Assembly (NCBI GenBank): GCA_964625855.1
Contig: CAZVFC010000013.1
Span: 130,671-194,670, forward strand
DNA length: 64,000 bases
Direction of reading: 5' to 3'
Source: an uncultured Verrucomicrobiota bacterium
GTDB lineage: Bacteria > Verrucomicrobiota > Verrucomicrobiia > Limisphaerales > UBA8199
This document shows positions 9,837 to 19,963 of this stretch, in pieces. The translations under genes and the position numbers were made by a program. Below the pieces are notes generated by a model. It was not told where the DNA came from and ran no database searches. It worked only from the letters and a program-made list of their open reading frames with translations. The stretch's first letter is position 1; each line of letters opens with the position of its first letter.

Positions 9837-10373
9837 ATGGCAAAATACACGAAGTTTGAAGACCTCCCCGTCTGGAAGGAGGCAGCACGGCTGTACAACC
9901 GCGTGCTCGATCTGCTTGAAGAACCCGGCGTGCCCCTCACGCCCGGATTCCGTAATCAGCTTGACCGCGCCGCGCTGTCCGTTTCCAACAACGTCGCCGA
10001 GGGATTCGAGCGCGTGACCACGAACGAGTTGCTGGCCTTTCTCGCCATCTCCCGCGGCTCCGGCGGCGAGGTCCGCTCTATGATGGCGGTGGTCAAAGAC
10101 CGCCCCAAGCTCAAGCCGCACCTGCGGCACTTGCAGGAGATTCGCGCGCTGGCGGAGTCCTGCGCCCGGCAATTGACCGCCTGGAGCGGTTCCCTGGAAA
10201 GTTCGCCCGTCCAGGGCAAACGCCACCTGGCAGCCCCGGAACGCGAGAAGCGCGCCATGGCGGACAGGGCCCGCAGCTTTCGCGAAAATTTCCTCCGCGC
10301 CTTGAAGCCCAACCATCCGCTCTACACCTCGCCGGAAGCCCGCGTTGCGCGAGGAGAACCGGTTCTGGATTGA
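9837..10373 (+). CDS. Four-helix-bundle protein (TIGR02436 / 23S-IVS protein family)
   Basis: KFEDLPVWKEA...FRNQLDRAALSVSNNVAEGFER...FLAISRGSGGEVRS. RBS AAGGAG upstream. Confidence 0.9.
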   Translation: MAKYTKFEDLPVWKEAARLYNRVLDLLEEPGVPLTPGFRNQLDRAALSVSNNVAEGFERVTTNELLAFLAISRGSGGEVRSMMAVVKDRPKLKPHLRHLQEIRALAESCARQLTAWSGSLESSPVQGKRHLAAPEREKRAMADRARSFRENFLRALKPNHPLYTSPEARVARGEPVLD

Positions 10374-10433
10374 GAGGCAACACACGCTCAGATGTCGGCC
10401 GGGAACCCGCCCGCCGCAACGCCTTGATGATCC

Positions 10434-10503
10434 GGCGATCGGCTATAGGCCATCGTCTATTGGCTGTCGGCAATTGGCTATTGGCCATTGGCTATTGGCT
10501 TTC
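10434..10503 (+). repeat. Heptamer array (GGCTATT-type, ~10 units), right arm of an inverted pair
   Basis: GGCGATC GGCTATA GGCCATC GTCTATT GGCTGTC GGCAATT GGCTATT GGCCATT GGCTATT GGCTTTC. Confidence 0.85.
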
Positions 10504-10957
10504 AGCCACACTGCCCAGGGTTCTTCAGGTCCTGTCACGAGCAGGAGCGTTTGGCGAGCGAATCGAGGCCCTGAGCTGAGCGAGCGGCTGAGGAGGAGAA
10601 CGGCAAAATGCAGCTTCCCTGAAAGATTCGAGCCCTTCACTGCGCATAGATGGTAACGGGCAGCCGGGGTTTGCGTGCGACGAGCTGACAAGGGCGTGGT
10701 CCTGGCGCAGTTGTGAGTCGGCAGGACGCACAGCGTGGCTCCAGGGATATTTGGTCGGGAACATCCCGGCTGCAGTGGGGCTGCCTCGCGCCCTGCGGCC
10801 TATCCCCCAGAATTCATCACACCAAATCGCTTCACATCCTGCCACGCTCGCTATTCTGTAGAATCCGTGGTATCCGTGTTCAGCTCCGGGAAGCACCCAA
10901 GGCCAGAATCCCAACGGGGTTGGCCGAATACGCTCCCGGAGAATACGTCCATTTAAC

Positions 10958-13939
10958 ATGCTCAGCGACTTAATGGGTCAAACGCGCCGAAAGTTTCTTC
11001 GCCGCCTTGGCGCCCTTGGCATCACCGTCTCCGCCCTGCCGCCCGGGTGGAGGTTGCTCGGAGCCGAGCCGTCGAAGCTACCCGAACTGGCGCTGAGTTT
11101 TCCCGGCCCGTGGCAATTTGCGCTGCCCAAATCCGCGATCATCCTGGTCAGCGACCAGCAACTTGAAGACCTGCAAGACCCCGACCGGGAGGTTGACTTG
11201 AGCATGAGCAGCAGCCCCCGACTCACTACCTTGCGCAAGGTTTGCGAGGGCGCCAAGGCACAGGGCTCGCGTACGTTCATCCTGGCGTTCGACGAGTTCT
11301 GGACGCAGTACCGCAAAGGCCAGGGCGGGAAACCGCGGCAATTGCTGCCGGATACCGAGGGCTACGTGCAGCGCCTGGCAAAGATTAGCCAGACGCTCAA
11401 GACCTACGGCCTGGGCCTAGAGTTGAGCCTCCTGAGTCCGCTGGAGATTGGCCGCGGTTTCCAGGAGAAGACCGGGGAGTCGGGCCGCTGGGTGCAATAC
11501 CGCGAGGGCTACCGCGACCCGGCTACGGGTCAATTCACAGTCTCGCTATGGGAGCAGCGTCGTTGGACGAACAACAAGGGCAGCATCCTGCTCAAGCGCA
11601 CCGGGGTGCGGCTGTTCGCCTTCCGTGAGCAGCGCGTGGGCGGGACGGACTTCTACGCGGTTGACCCGGCGGGCATCGTGGAGCTGAAGGCGGCCCCGGA
11701 CATCGAGGCAGATGAGTCGTCCCAACCGAGCACCGACGCTCGGCGGTTGACCATCCGCGGACGCGGTGACACACAGGTCGGAAGACTGGATCGAGTCTTG
11801 GCGGTGGTCAGCTATGAGACGCCGGAGATGGATTACTTCAGCCCGCAGGCGCGGCCGTTCCTGGAAAACCTCGTGCGACAATACCACGCAGCGGGAGTGC
11901 CCCTGAATGGCCTTTACGCTGACGAAATGCACATCCAACAGGATTGGGGCTACGGCAGCCACCACGACGAAGGGCAACTCACGTTCCGGTATCTGACGCC
12001 GCACCTGGCGGCGCGCTTCGCCGAGCGCTACGGAGCGGAGTTCAAGGACCTCGAGAAATACCTGGTCTATTTCGCCTACGCCCAGCACGGGTTCCTGCCC
12101 ACGCTGGACGCGCGCGCGCCTGCGCAGCATGTGCTGGGAACCAGCGCCGAGGACATCCAGCGCACCTTCCTGCTGCGGCGGCGCTACTACGAGCTGCTGG
12201 AAAGCACCGTGGTGGCGCTGTTCGCCGGCGCGAAGGAGTTCGCTGAGAAGACCTACGGGCACGAGCTGGAAGCCCGCGCCCACGCGACCTGGGCGGAAAG
12301 CCCCACGTGCGACTTCTGGCGGACGGGCTCCCAGCGGGGTGCGCCGCGCCAGTACGAATACACGCCGGACTTCTGGTGGTCCAACACCATCCACCAGGCG
12401 GCGTCAGCCTGCGATGATTACTTCGCGTGGAACGACTTCCTCACCGGCGGCGGCAACGATCATGCCGAGGGCGGATGGTCGGACCGGAACTATTTCGGCA
12501 TCGCACTGGCGTGTTCGACCGGCATCCTGAACCGCACCCCCTACGCCTATGCGGCCGCCTGGGGCATGCCGCACGAAGCCGCGCAGCGCCACCAGGCGGT
12601 CTGCGATGCCTTCGGAGCTTCGGCCTCGCCCTGGTTCCAGGCTGTGCAGGACTGCCAGCACCGGGACACTGATGTGCTGATGCTCTACCCGCTCTCGCTG
12701 GTCGCGTGCGAAGAGCGCTTCGGCTCGTGGATGGTGCAATACGGCTACGCCAATTACGTCAGCCCCCGGAAGTTGCTCGAGCATGGGCGCGTGGGAGCGG
12801 ACGGCCGGCTCGAAATGGCCGGGCGCAGGTTTGGCACACTGGCTGTGCTATTCGAGCCGCTCCCGCCGCCCGGACTCTTGGACTTGTTGGTCCGGTTCGC
12901 CGAGGCAGGCGGAAAGATCATCTGGTCGGGTCCCCCTCCTCGAGTGGACCTCTCCGGCAAACCGGTGCTGGAGCAATGGCAGAAGTTGTTTGGGGTGAAG
13001 GCGCTGCGGTTCGACCGCGAAGGACATACCGCCGGGGGTTGGCAGGTTCAATTCACCGGCCCGCTCGGAAAGGTCCCTCCGCAGAACATCCTGACTGATT
13101 TCCTCGTGGACTACATCTACCCCGTCGAGCCGGAGGCGGAGGCTGCAATCGTCGCGCAGGTCGGCGAGAAGGTCGTTGGCCTGCATCGGACTGTGGCGAA
13201 GGTGGGGAGCGCGACCTTTCTCGGCTTCCGCCCGCGCGACGACCAGGCGGCCTCGCTCGGCGTCGAGGTGCGCACCTGGTTCGAGATTCTGCTCGCGCTG
13301 GGTGCTTATGCTCCGAGCGCGGCTGGCCTGCCGGCAAACGACAATCCTGACGTGATCTCGCGCACGACTCCCTACGTGGCGTGCCGCTTTCCAAACGGCG
13401 CCGTCAGCCTGGCGGCGCATTACCGCACCCATGTGGAGAGCTGGCCGGGCGGGTTCCATCGTGACGCGAAGCAGGACCAGGAAGCGCTGGCCAGGAATCC
13501 CCTGCCCTCCCCTGCCCTGGAGCTGCGTGATCTGCGAGTCGGCGGTCATCGGGTCAGTTTTGAGGGCGAACTGGAGATGGCTTTTCGGCTCGATGGCACC
13601 GGTTCCCTGGCTGCATTTGCGGGCCAGAAATGCCAGAAGATCCTCATTGACGGGCGGGAATTCGCGTTTGCCAGCGCGCCTGTGCCGCTGGTCGCTTGGG
13701 CTCCTGTCCTGCCCCAGCGGCGCGTGCCCGGCGGAGCCGCTATGGAAATCTGGGTTCACGGAGAAGCCGACATAAGCCTGCCTCTGCCGACCGGGCTAAC
13801 TGGCGGAGAGCTCTACGCCCAGGGTGCAAGACTTGGCTCATTGGGGCAAAAGGTCGCGTGCGAGTGCTCGGGCGGCCTATTGCGGTTCAAGGCCCTGAAC
13901 GCATGGGGGCAGCGGCGGCTGTTCTTCGTCGCGGTCTGA
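10958..13939 (+). CDS. Tat-exported 993-aa protein, probable glycoside-hydrolase-like enzyme of unrecognised family
   Basis: TRRKFLRR twin-arginine-like signal, barrel-like core with acidic motifs (GLYADEMH) and a GATase-like segment. Adjacent to DUF4838 and GH43 genes. Confidence 0.5.
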   Translation: MLSDLMGQTRRKFLRRLGALGITVSALPPGWRLLGAEPSKLPELALSFPGPWQFALPKSAIILVSDQQLEDLQDPDREVDLSMSSSPRLTTLRKVCEGAKAQGSRTFILAFDEFWTQYRKGQGGKPRQLLPDTEGYVQRLAKISQTLKTYGLGLELSLLSPLEIGRGFQEKTGESGRWVQYREGYRDPATGQFTVSLWEQRRWTNNKGSILLKRTGVRLFAFREQRVGGTDFYAVDPAGIVELKAAPDIEADESSQPSTDARRLTIRGRGDTQVGRLDRVLAVVSYETPEMDYFSPQARPFLENLVRQYHAAGVPLNGLYADEMHIQQDWGYGSHHDEGQLTFRYLTPHLAARFAERYGAEFKDLEKYLVYFAYAQHGFLPTLDARAPAQHVLGTSAEDIQRTFLLRRRYYELLESTVVALFAGAKEFAEKTYGHELEARAHATWAESPTCDFWRTGSQRGAPRQYEYTPDFWWSNTIHQAASACDDYFAWNDFLTGGGNDHAEGGWSDRNYFGIALACSTGILNRTPYAYAAAWGMPHEAAQRHQAVCDAFGASASPWFQAVQDCQHRDTDVLMLYPLSLVACEERFGSWMVQYGYANYVSPRKLLEHGRVGADGRLEMAGRRFGTLAVLFEPLPPPGLLDLLVRFAEAGGKIIWSGPPPRVDLSGKPVLEQWQKLFGVKALRFDREGHTAGGWQVQFTGPLGKVPPQNILTDFLVDYIYPVEPEAEAAIVAQVGEKVVGLHRTVAKVGSATFLGFRPRDDQAASLGVEVRTWFEILLALGAYAPSAAGLPANDNPDVISRTTPYVACRFPNGAVSLAAHYRTHVESWPGGFHRDAKQDQEALARNPLPSPALELRDLRVGGHRVSFEGELEMAFRLDGTGSLAAFAGQKCQKILIDGREFAFASAPVPLVAWAPVLPQRRVPGGAAMEIWVHGEADISLPLPTGLTGGELYAQGARLGSLGQKVACECSGGLLRFKALNAWGQRRLFFVAV

Positions 13940-14060
13940 GGCGAACCTCAGAGGATGCCGCACTCCGCACCGAACCGGCTGCCTGACAGCTCCGCCGCTG
14001 TTGGCAGGCCGATTCACAAAGCGGTTCCCTTTTGAGAGAGGGTGACTTAGGCTGCGTCAA

Positions 14061-16040
14061 ATGAAAGTGCTCGCCGCAGTCTGCCTTTCAGTTCCCATCA
14101 GCGTTTTCGCCGGTTCGGCTGGGGCTGCCCAGCCAAGCCCGCCCCAGGCCGTCAGGATTGCCGAAGGCCACGCCAGCGACTGGCGGATCGTCTGCCCGCC
14201 ACCGGCGTCTCCAGCCATCAACTGGGCCGCCAGGGAACTGCAAAGATACCTGGGGCAGATGAGCGGCTGCAAACTGCCCATCGTGAATCGGACCCGGGGC
14301 AAACCTGCCTTGGCCATCGGTCTGCGCTCTGAGCTCTCACCTGATTACCGCAGCGCGCTGCCCCCGTCGGCGCCGGGCCACGATGGCTACGCGGTAGCGG
14401 TCGTGCCGGCGACGCGCAAGGCCCCGGCGTGCGTCGTGATCGGCGGCGACAACAGCCGCGGCGTGATCTATGGCGTTTATGATGTGTTGGAGCGGCTGGG
14501 CTGCCGCTGGTTCTACTCGACTCAGGATGCGGCCGATCCGGAAGTCGTCCCCCAGCAGGCCACGCTGTCGCTCCCAGCAGGCTCGTGGGCGGTGGCGTCG
14601 CCGATGAAGTACCGCATCTGCAACGGCAGCGAGTGGTTCTTCGAAATGCAGACCGCGCCGGCGCTTAAGCAGCTCGAATGGGCAATCAAGGCGCGTTACA
14701 ATGCCATGGGCTGGCAGGCCGACACCCATACGCCGCTGGAGGCCCAATATCAGCAACTCGCCGACAGGGGCCTGCTCGCCGAGCTGGCAAAGCGCGACAT
14801 GCTGCTGCATGGCCCGGCCCACTGCTTCAACCTCTTGCTGCGCGCCGAGGATTCCATGACCAACCATCCCGAGTGGTTTGGCCTGCGCAACGGCCAGCGC
14901 GTGCCGCAGACCTTCCTTGGCGCGCAGTTCTGCTGGTCCAACCCCGAGGCGCGGAAGAAGTTTACCGACAACGTCGAGGCCTTTGCCAGGCAGGCCAGGC
15001 AAATCAACATCCTCTGCCTGGTGCCTTTCGATGGCGGACTGGCTTGCGAGTGCGGTCCGTGCAAAAAGGCAGGCGCCAGCAACCTGCTGATGCTGCTGAT
15101 GGGCGAAGTCATTGAGCGGCTCCAGGCTTGCCGGCCCGACCTGGCGGTGGAGACCATTGGGGGCTACGGCGCGGCGACCGATCCGCCCGAGACGGCGCAG
15201 ATCCATCCGCGGCAACGCGTGATCTGGGCACACTGGGGCCGGGTCTATACGATGGGCTACGACGACCCGCGCTATGATCGCAAGGACAACCTGGAGAAGT
15301 GGCGGCGCGCAGCGCGGGGCGGCATCACCATCTGCCAATACTACACCGACAACTTCGCCGAGCCGTGGGTGATGTCGCCCTTCACGGTGGCCATGGAAGG
15401 CGACCGCCGGTACTTTCGCCAGAACAGCGTAGATTCGGTCTATATGCTGATGTGGCCGCGCGGGTATTGGTGGAACCACGGCCTGAACGCCTATCTGGCG
15501 GGTCGTTGCTTCTATGACTTCGCGCTAAGCCCCCAAGACCTGCTTCGCGATTATGCGCGGCATTACTTCGGCCCGGAGGCGGGTCCCCTGCTGGCGGCCT
15601 ACTTCGTGGCCTGGGCGCGCGACCCCGAATTGTGCTACCGCGTCCGCGGCGGCTCACGCGACAGCGACCGCGCCACCCTGGCGGACCAGCGCACGCGATG
15701 GCTCGAACCGGCGGCCAGGCTCGTGACCAACGACCGCCTGCTCGCCTGCCGCTTGGCCAAGGTTGAGAAGCTGCACACGCTGGCGGAGCGCTTGATGGAA
15801 GTGCATCGGCAGCGTGATGAAATCCGCGCCTTCCGCCGTGCCGGTCAATTCGACCAAGCGAGGGCGCAGCTCGACCAATCGCGCGCTTATACGGATGACG
15901 TGCTGGCGATGTTCTACGCGCTGGCCGACCTCAATCAGGGGCTGATTGAACGGCAGGAGGTGCCAACCTTCATCAAGGCCAATGTGAAGAACTGGCTGGA
16001 CGAAGAAGCAAAAGCAATTGTGGCGGAGAAGCGGGATTAG
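14061..16040 (+). CDS. DUF4838-domain secreted protein (GH20-like N-terminal domain)
   Basis: Signal peptide, AARELQRYL..MSG.KLPI, G...RGVIYGVY..LE.LGCRW, HPEWF, Q.CWSNP motifs. Confidence 0.8.
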   Translation: MKVLAAVCLSVPISVFAGSAGAAQPSPPQAVRIAEGHASDWRIVCPPPASPAINWAARELQRYLGQMSGCKLPIVNRTRGKPALAIGLRSELSPDYRSALPPSAPGHDGYAVAVVPATRKAPACVVIGGDNSRGVIYGVYDVLERLGCRWFYSTQDAADPEVVPQQATLSLPAGSWAVASPMKYRICNGSEWFFEMQTAPALKQLEWAIKARYNAMGWQADTHTPLEAQYQQLADRGLLAELAKRDMLLHGPAHCFNLLLRAEDSMTNHPEWFGLRNGQRVPQTFLGAQFCWSNPEARKKFTDNVEAFARQARQINILCLVPFDGGLACECGPCKKAGASNLLMLLMGEVIERLQACRPDLAVETIGGYGAATDPPETAQIHPRQRVIWAHWGRVYTMGYDDPRYDRKDNLEKWRRAARGGITICQYYTDNFAEPWVMSPFTVAMEGDRRYFRQNSVDSVYMLMWPRGYWWNHGLNAYLAGRCFYDFALSPQDLLRDYARHYFGPEAGPLLAAYFVAWARDPELCYRVRGGSRDSDRATLADQRTRWLEPAARLVTNDRLLACRLAKVEKLHTLAERLMEVHRQRDEIRAFRRAGQFDQARAQLDQSRAYTDDVLAMFYALADLNQGLIERQEVPTFIKANVKNWLDEEAKAIVAEKRD

Positions 16041-16131
16041 ACACGCATCACACCGATAGCCTGGGTACCCGCCGAGGCGTTTGTGGAAAGGCTTTCCCTG
16101 CCGGGGAATCTTGGTTTATCGTCGCGCCCCG

Positions 16132-17106
16132 ATGAAGATACTGACGACAATCCTGGGTCTGATGATGTTGGCTGCCTGCTCTCCTCCTGACGCACCGCAA
16201 CCGGCTTCCGGCGGCCCCGCACAAGCCAAGACCTACCGCAACCCCCTGCTCCCCGAACGCGAGATCGCCGATCCCTTTGTCCTGCGGGTGGACAAAACGT
16301 ACTATCTGTATGCGACCACCGACACGCGAGGCTACGAGGTGTTCGTATCCGACGATCTGGTGCATTGGGAACGCAAGGCGCGCGTGTTCGAAGATCCGCG
16401 CGGCGGCGACTGGGCGCCGGAGGTATTCCACAACCGCCGCGGCGACGGCAAGTTCTACCTTTACTACACGGACAACATGCCCGGGACGCGACGCGCGGGG
16501 CTGGAAAAGCAGATCGGCGTAGCTGTGGCAAACAGCCCGCTGGGACCTTTCGAGGATAAGGGCCCGCTGGCGGAGCACTCGATTGACGCGCATGCTTTTC
16601 AGGACGATGACGGCCAACTCTATCTCTACTACGTTCAACTGGCGGGCGGTTTCAAGATCGTCGTCCAGCCCATGGCAGATCCTTTGCGCAAGAGCGGCGA
16701 ACCGAGAGTCCTCATCCGACCCACCGAGGAATGGGAGAAGCGCAGCGGCGAGGTGACTGAGGGCCCGTTCATTTTGAAACGCCAGGGCACTTACTATCTG
16801 ACGTATTCCGGCACGGGCGCCGACTCGCCCGATTACGGCATCGGCTACGCCACTTCCAAGTCGCCCACGGGTCCATTCGTGAAATACGCCGGTAATCCCA
16901 TCGCCCACCGCGGCGGCAGCGTCCTGGGGCCGGGCCATCATTGCGTTGCGGAAGGCCCAGACGGCAAGCTGTGGCTGGTCTATCACCAAAAATGGAATGC
17001 CGAAAAGAACTTTCGCCGTTTCCTCGCAATTGACCCGCTTTGGTTCGACGATCAGGGCGTCCTTCACACGTCTCTGTCGCGCGATACTGAACGGCCCGCT
17101 CCCTGA
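16132..17106 (+). CDS. GH43 family glycoside hydrolase, lipoprotein
   Basis: Lipobox LAAC, IADP, WAPEV, SIDA, TEGP and GPGHH five-bladed propeller motifs. Confidence 0.9.
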   Translation: MKILTTILGLMMLAACSPPDAPQPASGGPAQAKTYRNPLLPEREIADPFVLRVDKTYYLYATTDTRGYEVFVSDDLVHWERKARVFEDPRGGDWAPEVFHNRRGDGKFYLYYTDNMPGTRRAGLEKQIGVAVANSPLGPFEDKGPLAEHSIDAHAFQDDDGQLYLYYVQLAGGFKIVVQPMADPLRKSGEPRVLIRPTEEWEKRSGEVTEGPFILKRQGTYYLTYSGTGADSPDYGIGYATSKSPTGPFVKYAGNPIAHRGGSVLGPGHHCVAEGPDGKLWLVYHQKWNAEKNFRRFLAIDPLWFDDQGVLHTSLSRDTERPAP

Positions 17107-17316
17107 ACCCGTTTGGCAAGCGCGGATCACCTTGTCGGAGCCGGCCATTCAACCCGCTCCCAGCCCCGTGCCCAGGTCACCCGGCCTCCTAAACCGCCCC
17201 TGTGTTGCTGGGCCGGAGAACGGGGCGCCGTCGGCCTAACGGGGACATCTATGTCCAGCGCCGCTCCTGCTGGACAGGCGATCAGCCTGGGTCTCCAGGG
17301 CGGCACTGGCGAAAAG

Positions 17317-18024
17317 TCAGGCGTGGCAGGCTGGCTCTGACAGCAGGCCGGCCAGGACTCGCCCTAACTTCTCGGCGGCGGCCTTGCCTTCTTTCTGGAG
17401 CTGGAGGAGGGCAGGGATTCTGCCGGGAGACATGAGCACGGCGCGCGTGAGCCGGGGCACGTCCACCTGCTGGTCCGCTGTGAGGTATTTGTTGAAGTCG
17501 AACGGCAGCTCGGCGTCGGCGGTGTCCAGGATCACACGCACAATGGCGCTGGGGATGCCCTGTTCGCGGCAGGCGGCGCAGATGATCTGCGATTCCATGT
17601 CCACAGCGTCGGCGCCGGTGGCCTGCCAGAGCGCGCGCTTTTGCTCTACCGTGGTGGCGACTTGTTCGACGCAATGAAAGCGCGCGGGCCGGGCGCCAGC
17701 CGCCAACAGTGCCGTCTCCCAGCCGGTCTCCTGGTCAGCGGTGAATACGATGGCGCCGGCGGCGAGGTCCGGCCGCAGCCCGCCAGCGAAGCCGCAGGTC
17801 AAGACCCGATCCGGCTTATGCTGCGCAAGGGCGGCACGAATCGCCTTCTCCGCATTCCGCGGCCCAATGCCCGTAAGCAAAACTCTGATCTCCGGCCGGG
17901 AGCCGATGGCTTGGTTAAACGGCTTGGCCTCTTCTTTAACCGCAAAAGTGACCAACACCGTTCCGATTCGGGTTTCGGCATTCGGATTTCCTTCGGCCTT
18001 CGAATTTCGAGTTTCGGCCTTCAC
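17317..18024 (-). CDS. Nucleoside phosphorylase/nucleosidase family protein (PNP_UDP_1)
   Basis: TGIG..NA, CGFAGGL...L..G, AVDMES motifs. Start is GTG 18024 (coupled to the upstream stop) or GTG 17958. Confidence 0.8.
   Translation of the reverse strand: MKAETRNSKAEGNPNAETRIGTVLVTFAVKEEAKPFNQAIGSRPEIRVLLTGIGPRNAEKAIRAALAQHKPDRVLTCGFAGGLRPDLAAGAIVFTADQETGWETALLAAGARPARFHCVEQVATTVEQKRALWQATGADAVDMESQIICAACREQGIPSAIVRVILDTADAELPFDFNKYLTADQQVDVPRLTRAVLMSPGRIPALLQLQKEGKAAAEKLGRVLAGLLSEPACHA
17967..18019 (+). repeat. Heptamer array TTCG(G/A)NN, 7 units
   Basis: TTCGGGT TTCGGCA TTCGGAT (TTCC) TTCGGCC TTCGAAT TTCGAGT TTCGGCC. Confidence 0.8.
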
Positions 18025-18740
18025 TTAATCCCGGCCAGCCGCTCCTTCCAGATCTGGTAAAGCAGCACGGTGGCCTTCACATCCCGCACGCAATACTCGG
18101 CGATATCGCGGTAGCGCCCCTCCGCCATCAGCGCGTTGACGTCGCTGCCGGTGACCCCTTGAGCTTTCGGCGATTCGATGCCAAACGCCTTGCAGTAGAA
18201 GTCCAGGTTGAAGCGGCGCGCCGCGCCTTCCCGCCCGCTGACGCCATAGAAGGTGAGCTGCTCCGCCAGGTCGCAGTGCGGTTCGGTCTGGAAGCGGTAG
18301 CCCAGCCAGTCTTTGCGGGAGATCGCCACGTTCAGCAGGGCCGAGCGCAGGTAGATGAACGGCACGTCGAACCCGCGGCCGTTGAAGGTGACGATGGTCT
18401 CGTAGTGCTTGGCCACATCCCAGAAGGCGGTCAGCAGTTCGACCTCGTCCATGCACGCCACAAACTCCACCGGCCCCGCCTCGTCGGCCTCGGGTTCGTA
18501 GTCGGCGGCGATGAACAGCACCTGGCCGCGGGAGGTGTCGGCGTTGAGCATGGCAACGCAGACGACCTGGGCAGTCAGCGGCCAGAGGTTGAACTGCCGC
18601 TGGATTTCGGCGTGGCGCGCCGCGCGAGCGGCCTCGTCGGCGATCTTCTGGCACTCGCGGAACAGGTATTCCTGTTGCGCCTCGTCGAACTGCTCCAGCG
18701 GCAGGGCGGAGGTCTCTATGTCGAAGACAAGCGTGGCCAT
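18021..18740 (-). CDS. PolB-type 3'-5' exonuclease (RNase H-like) protein
   Basis: VFDIET, TFNGRGFD.PF, HCDL, YC..DV DEDD motifs. Confidence 0.85.
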   Translation of the reverse strand: MATLVFDIETSALPLEQFDEAQQEYLFRECQKIADEAARAARHAEIQRQFNLWPLTAQVVCVAMLNADTSRGQVLFIAADYEPEADEAGPVEFVACMDEVELLTAFWDVAKHYETIVTFNGRGFDVPFIYLRSALLNVAISRKDWLGYRFQTEPHCDLAEQLTFYGVSGREGAARRFNLDFYCKAFGIESPKAQGVTGSDVNALMAEGRYRDIAEYCVRDVKATVLLYQIWKERLAGIK

Positions 18741-19963
18741 CAGGCGCCGAATTTATCGAACATCTTCGCGTTGGCCTGCATGAGGCGGATGAGATCCTTG
18801 GCGGCGAAAAGTCCGAGCGAGCCCTGGTTGGCCCCGGTTTCGGTGAATCGGTCCAGTTTGTCGGACCCGGAGAGGGCCGAGTGGAGCATTACGGGTTGCG
18901 GGTGCCACGAGTGGCCCTTGATGACGCAGGGCGTCGAGTGGTCGCCGGTGATGGCCAGCACGTCGGGCTTCTTCCGCAGCAGGATCGGCAGGGCGGCATC
19001 GAACTCTTCAATCGCCTTCTTCTTGGCGGCGAAGTTGCCGTCCTCGCCATACATGTCGGTGTACTTAAAGTGGATGAAGAAGTAATCGTAGTTGTCGTAT
19101 TCGGCGAGGTAGCGCTCGAACTGCTCCGCGATGGTCTGCGGCCCTTCGAGCTTGGTCATGCCGACCAACTGGGCCAGGCCCTTGTACATCGGATAGACCG
19201 CGATGCATCCCGGGCGCAGGCCGTAGCGGTCCTTGAACAGCGGGATTTCCGGCTGGTGGGCGATGCCGCGCATCAGGAAGCCGTTGGCCGGCTTTTTCTG
19301 CGCAATGACCGGCAGGGCGGCCTTGAAGAAGCCGGCCACTAGCTTGGCGGACTTCTTTGCCTTGACGGACTTGGAGTTCACCGGCGCGGCTTGCGGTATG
19401 GGGAGGCCCTCGCGATGCGGGTCGGCGTCGGTAAGCGGCCCTTCCAAACCTTTGCCCCGAAAGAGCACCACGAAACGATGGCCTTTGCCGGGTTTGATGA
19501 TGACCTCGGCATCACCCACCTTCTTCACTTTCTGTGAGAGCAGGGCGCACAGTTCTTCGCACACAGCCGTGTCAATGCGCCCCGCGCGGCGGTCGGTGAC
19601 GATGCCCTTGGCGTCGAGGGTGCAGAAGTTAGCCCGCGCCGCCACATCGCCCGCGCGCAGTTCCAGGCCCAGTCCAAGCGCCTCGATAACGCCGCGGCCG
19701 ACTTCGAATTCCAGGGGGTCGTACCCAAAGAGGCCAAGGTGGCCCGGCCCGCTGCCCGGGGTGATGCCCGGAGCTACGGGGATCATGCGTCCCTGCGCCG
19801 AGTCTTTGGCCAGCGCGTCCATGTTTGGGGTGGCAGCAGCTTCGAGGGGTGTGAGGTAGCCTTGCTCGCGCGTGGCCACATCGCCCACGCCATCAAGGAC
19901 GACCAACGCCAGCTTGGCGGTGGTCTTCAGAGTCAGTTCACTATACAGAGCATCCAGGTTCAT
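18740..19963 (-). CDS. apgM: 2,3-bisphosphoglycerate-independent phosphoglycerate mutase (ApgM type)
   Basis: LDGVGD, PGSGPGHL.LFGYDP, GRGVIEALG, HFK.TD..GEDG, ITGDHSTP. Confidence 0.9.
   Translation of the reverse strand: MNLDALYSELTLKTTAKLALVVLDGVGDVATREQGYLTPLEAAATPNMDALAKDSAQGRMIPVAPGITPGSGPGHLGLFGYDPLEFEVGRGVIEALGLGLELRAGDVAARANFCTLDAKGIVTDRRAGRIDTAVCEELCALLSQKVKKVGDAEVIIKPGKGHRFVVLFRGKGLEGPLTDADPHREGLPIPQAAPVNSKSVKAKKSAKLVAGFFKAALPVIAQKKPANGFLMRGIAHQPEIPLFKDRYGLRPGCIAVYPMYKGLAQLVGMTKLEGPQTIAEQFERYLAEYDNYDYFFIHFKYTDMYGEDGNFAAKKKAIEEFDAALPILLRKKPDVLAITGDHSTPCVIKGHSWHPQPVMLHSALSGSDKLDRFTETGANQGSLGLFAAKDLIRLMQANAKMFDKFGA

Noticed and set aside
9837-10373. Four-helix-bundle gene as Avd of a diversity-generating retroelement
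   Set aside because: No reverse transcriptase and no TR/VR pair with adenine-specific mismatches in the window.
10505-10950. Possible IS or RAYT remnant downstream of the four-helix gene
   Set aside because: Only weak motif resemblance in short frames; no terminal repeats or catalytic residues.
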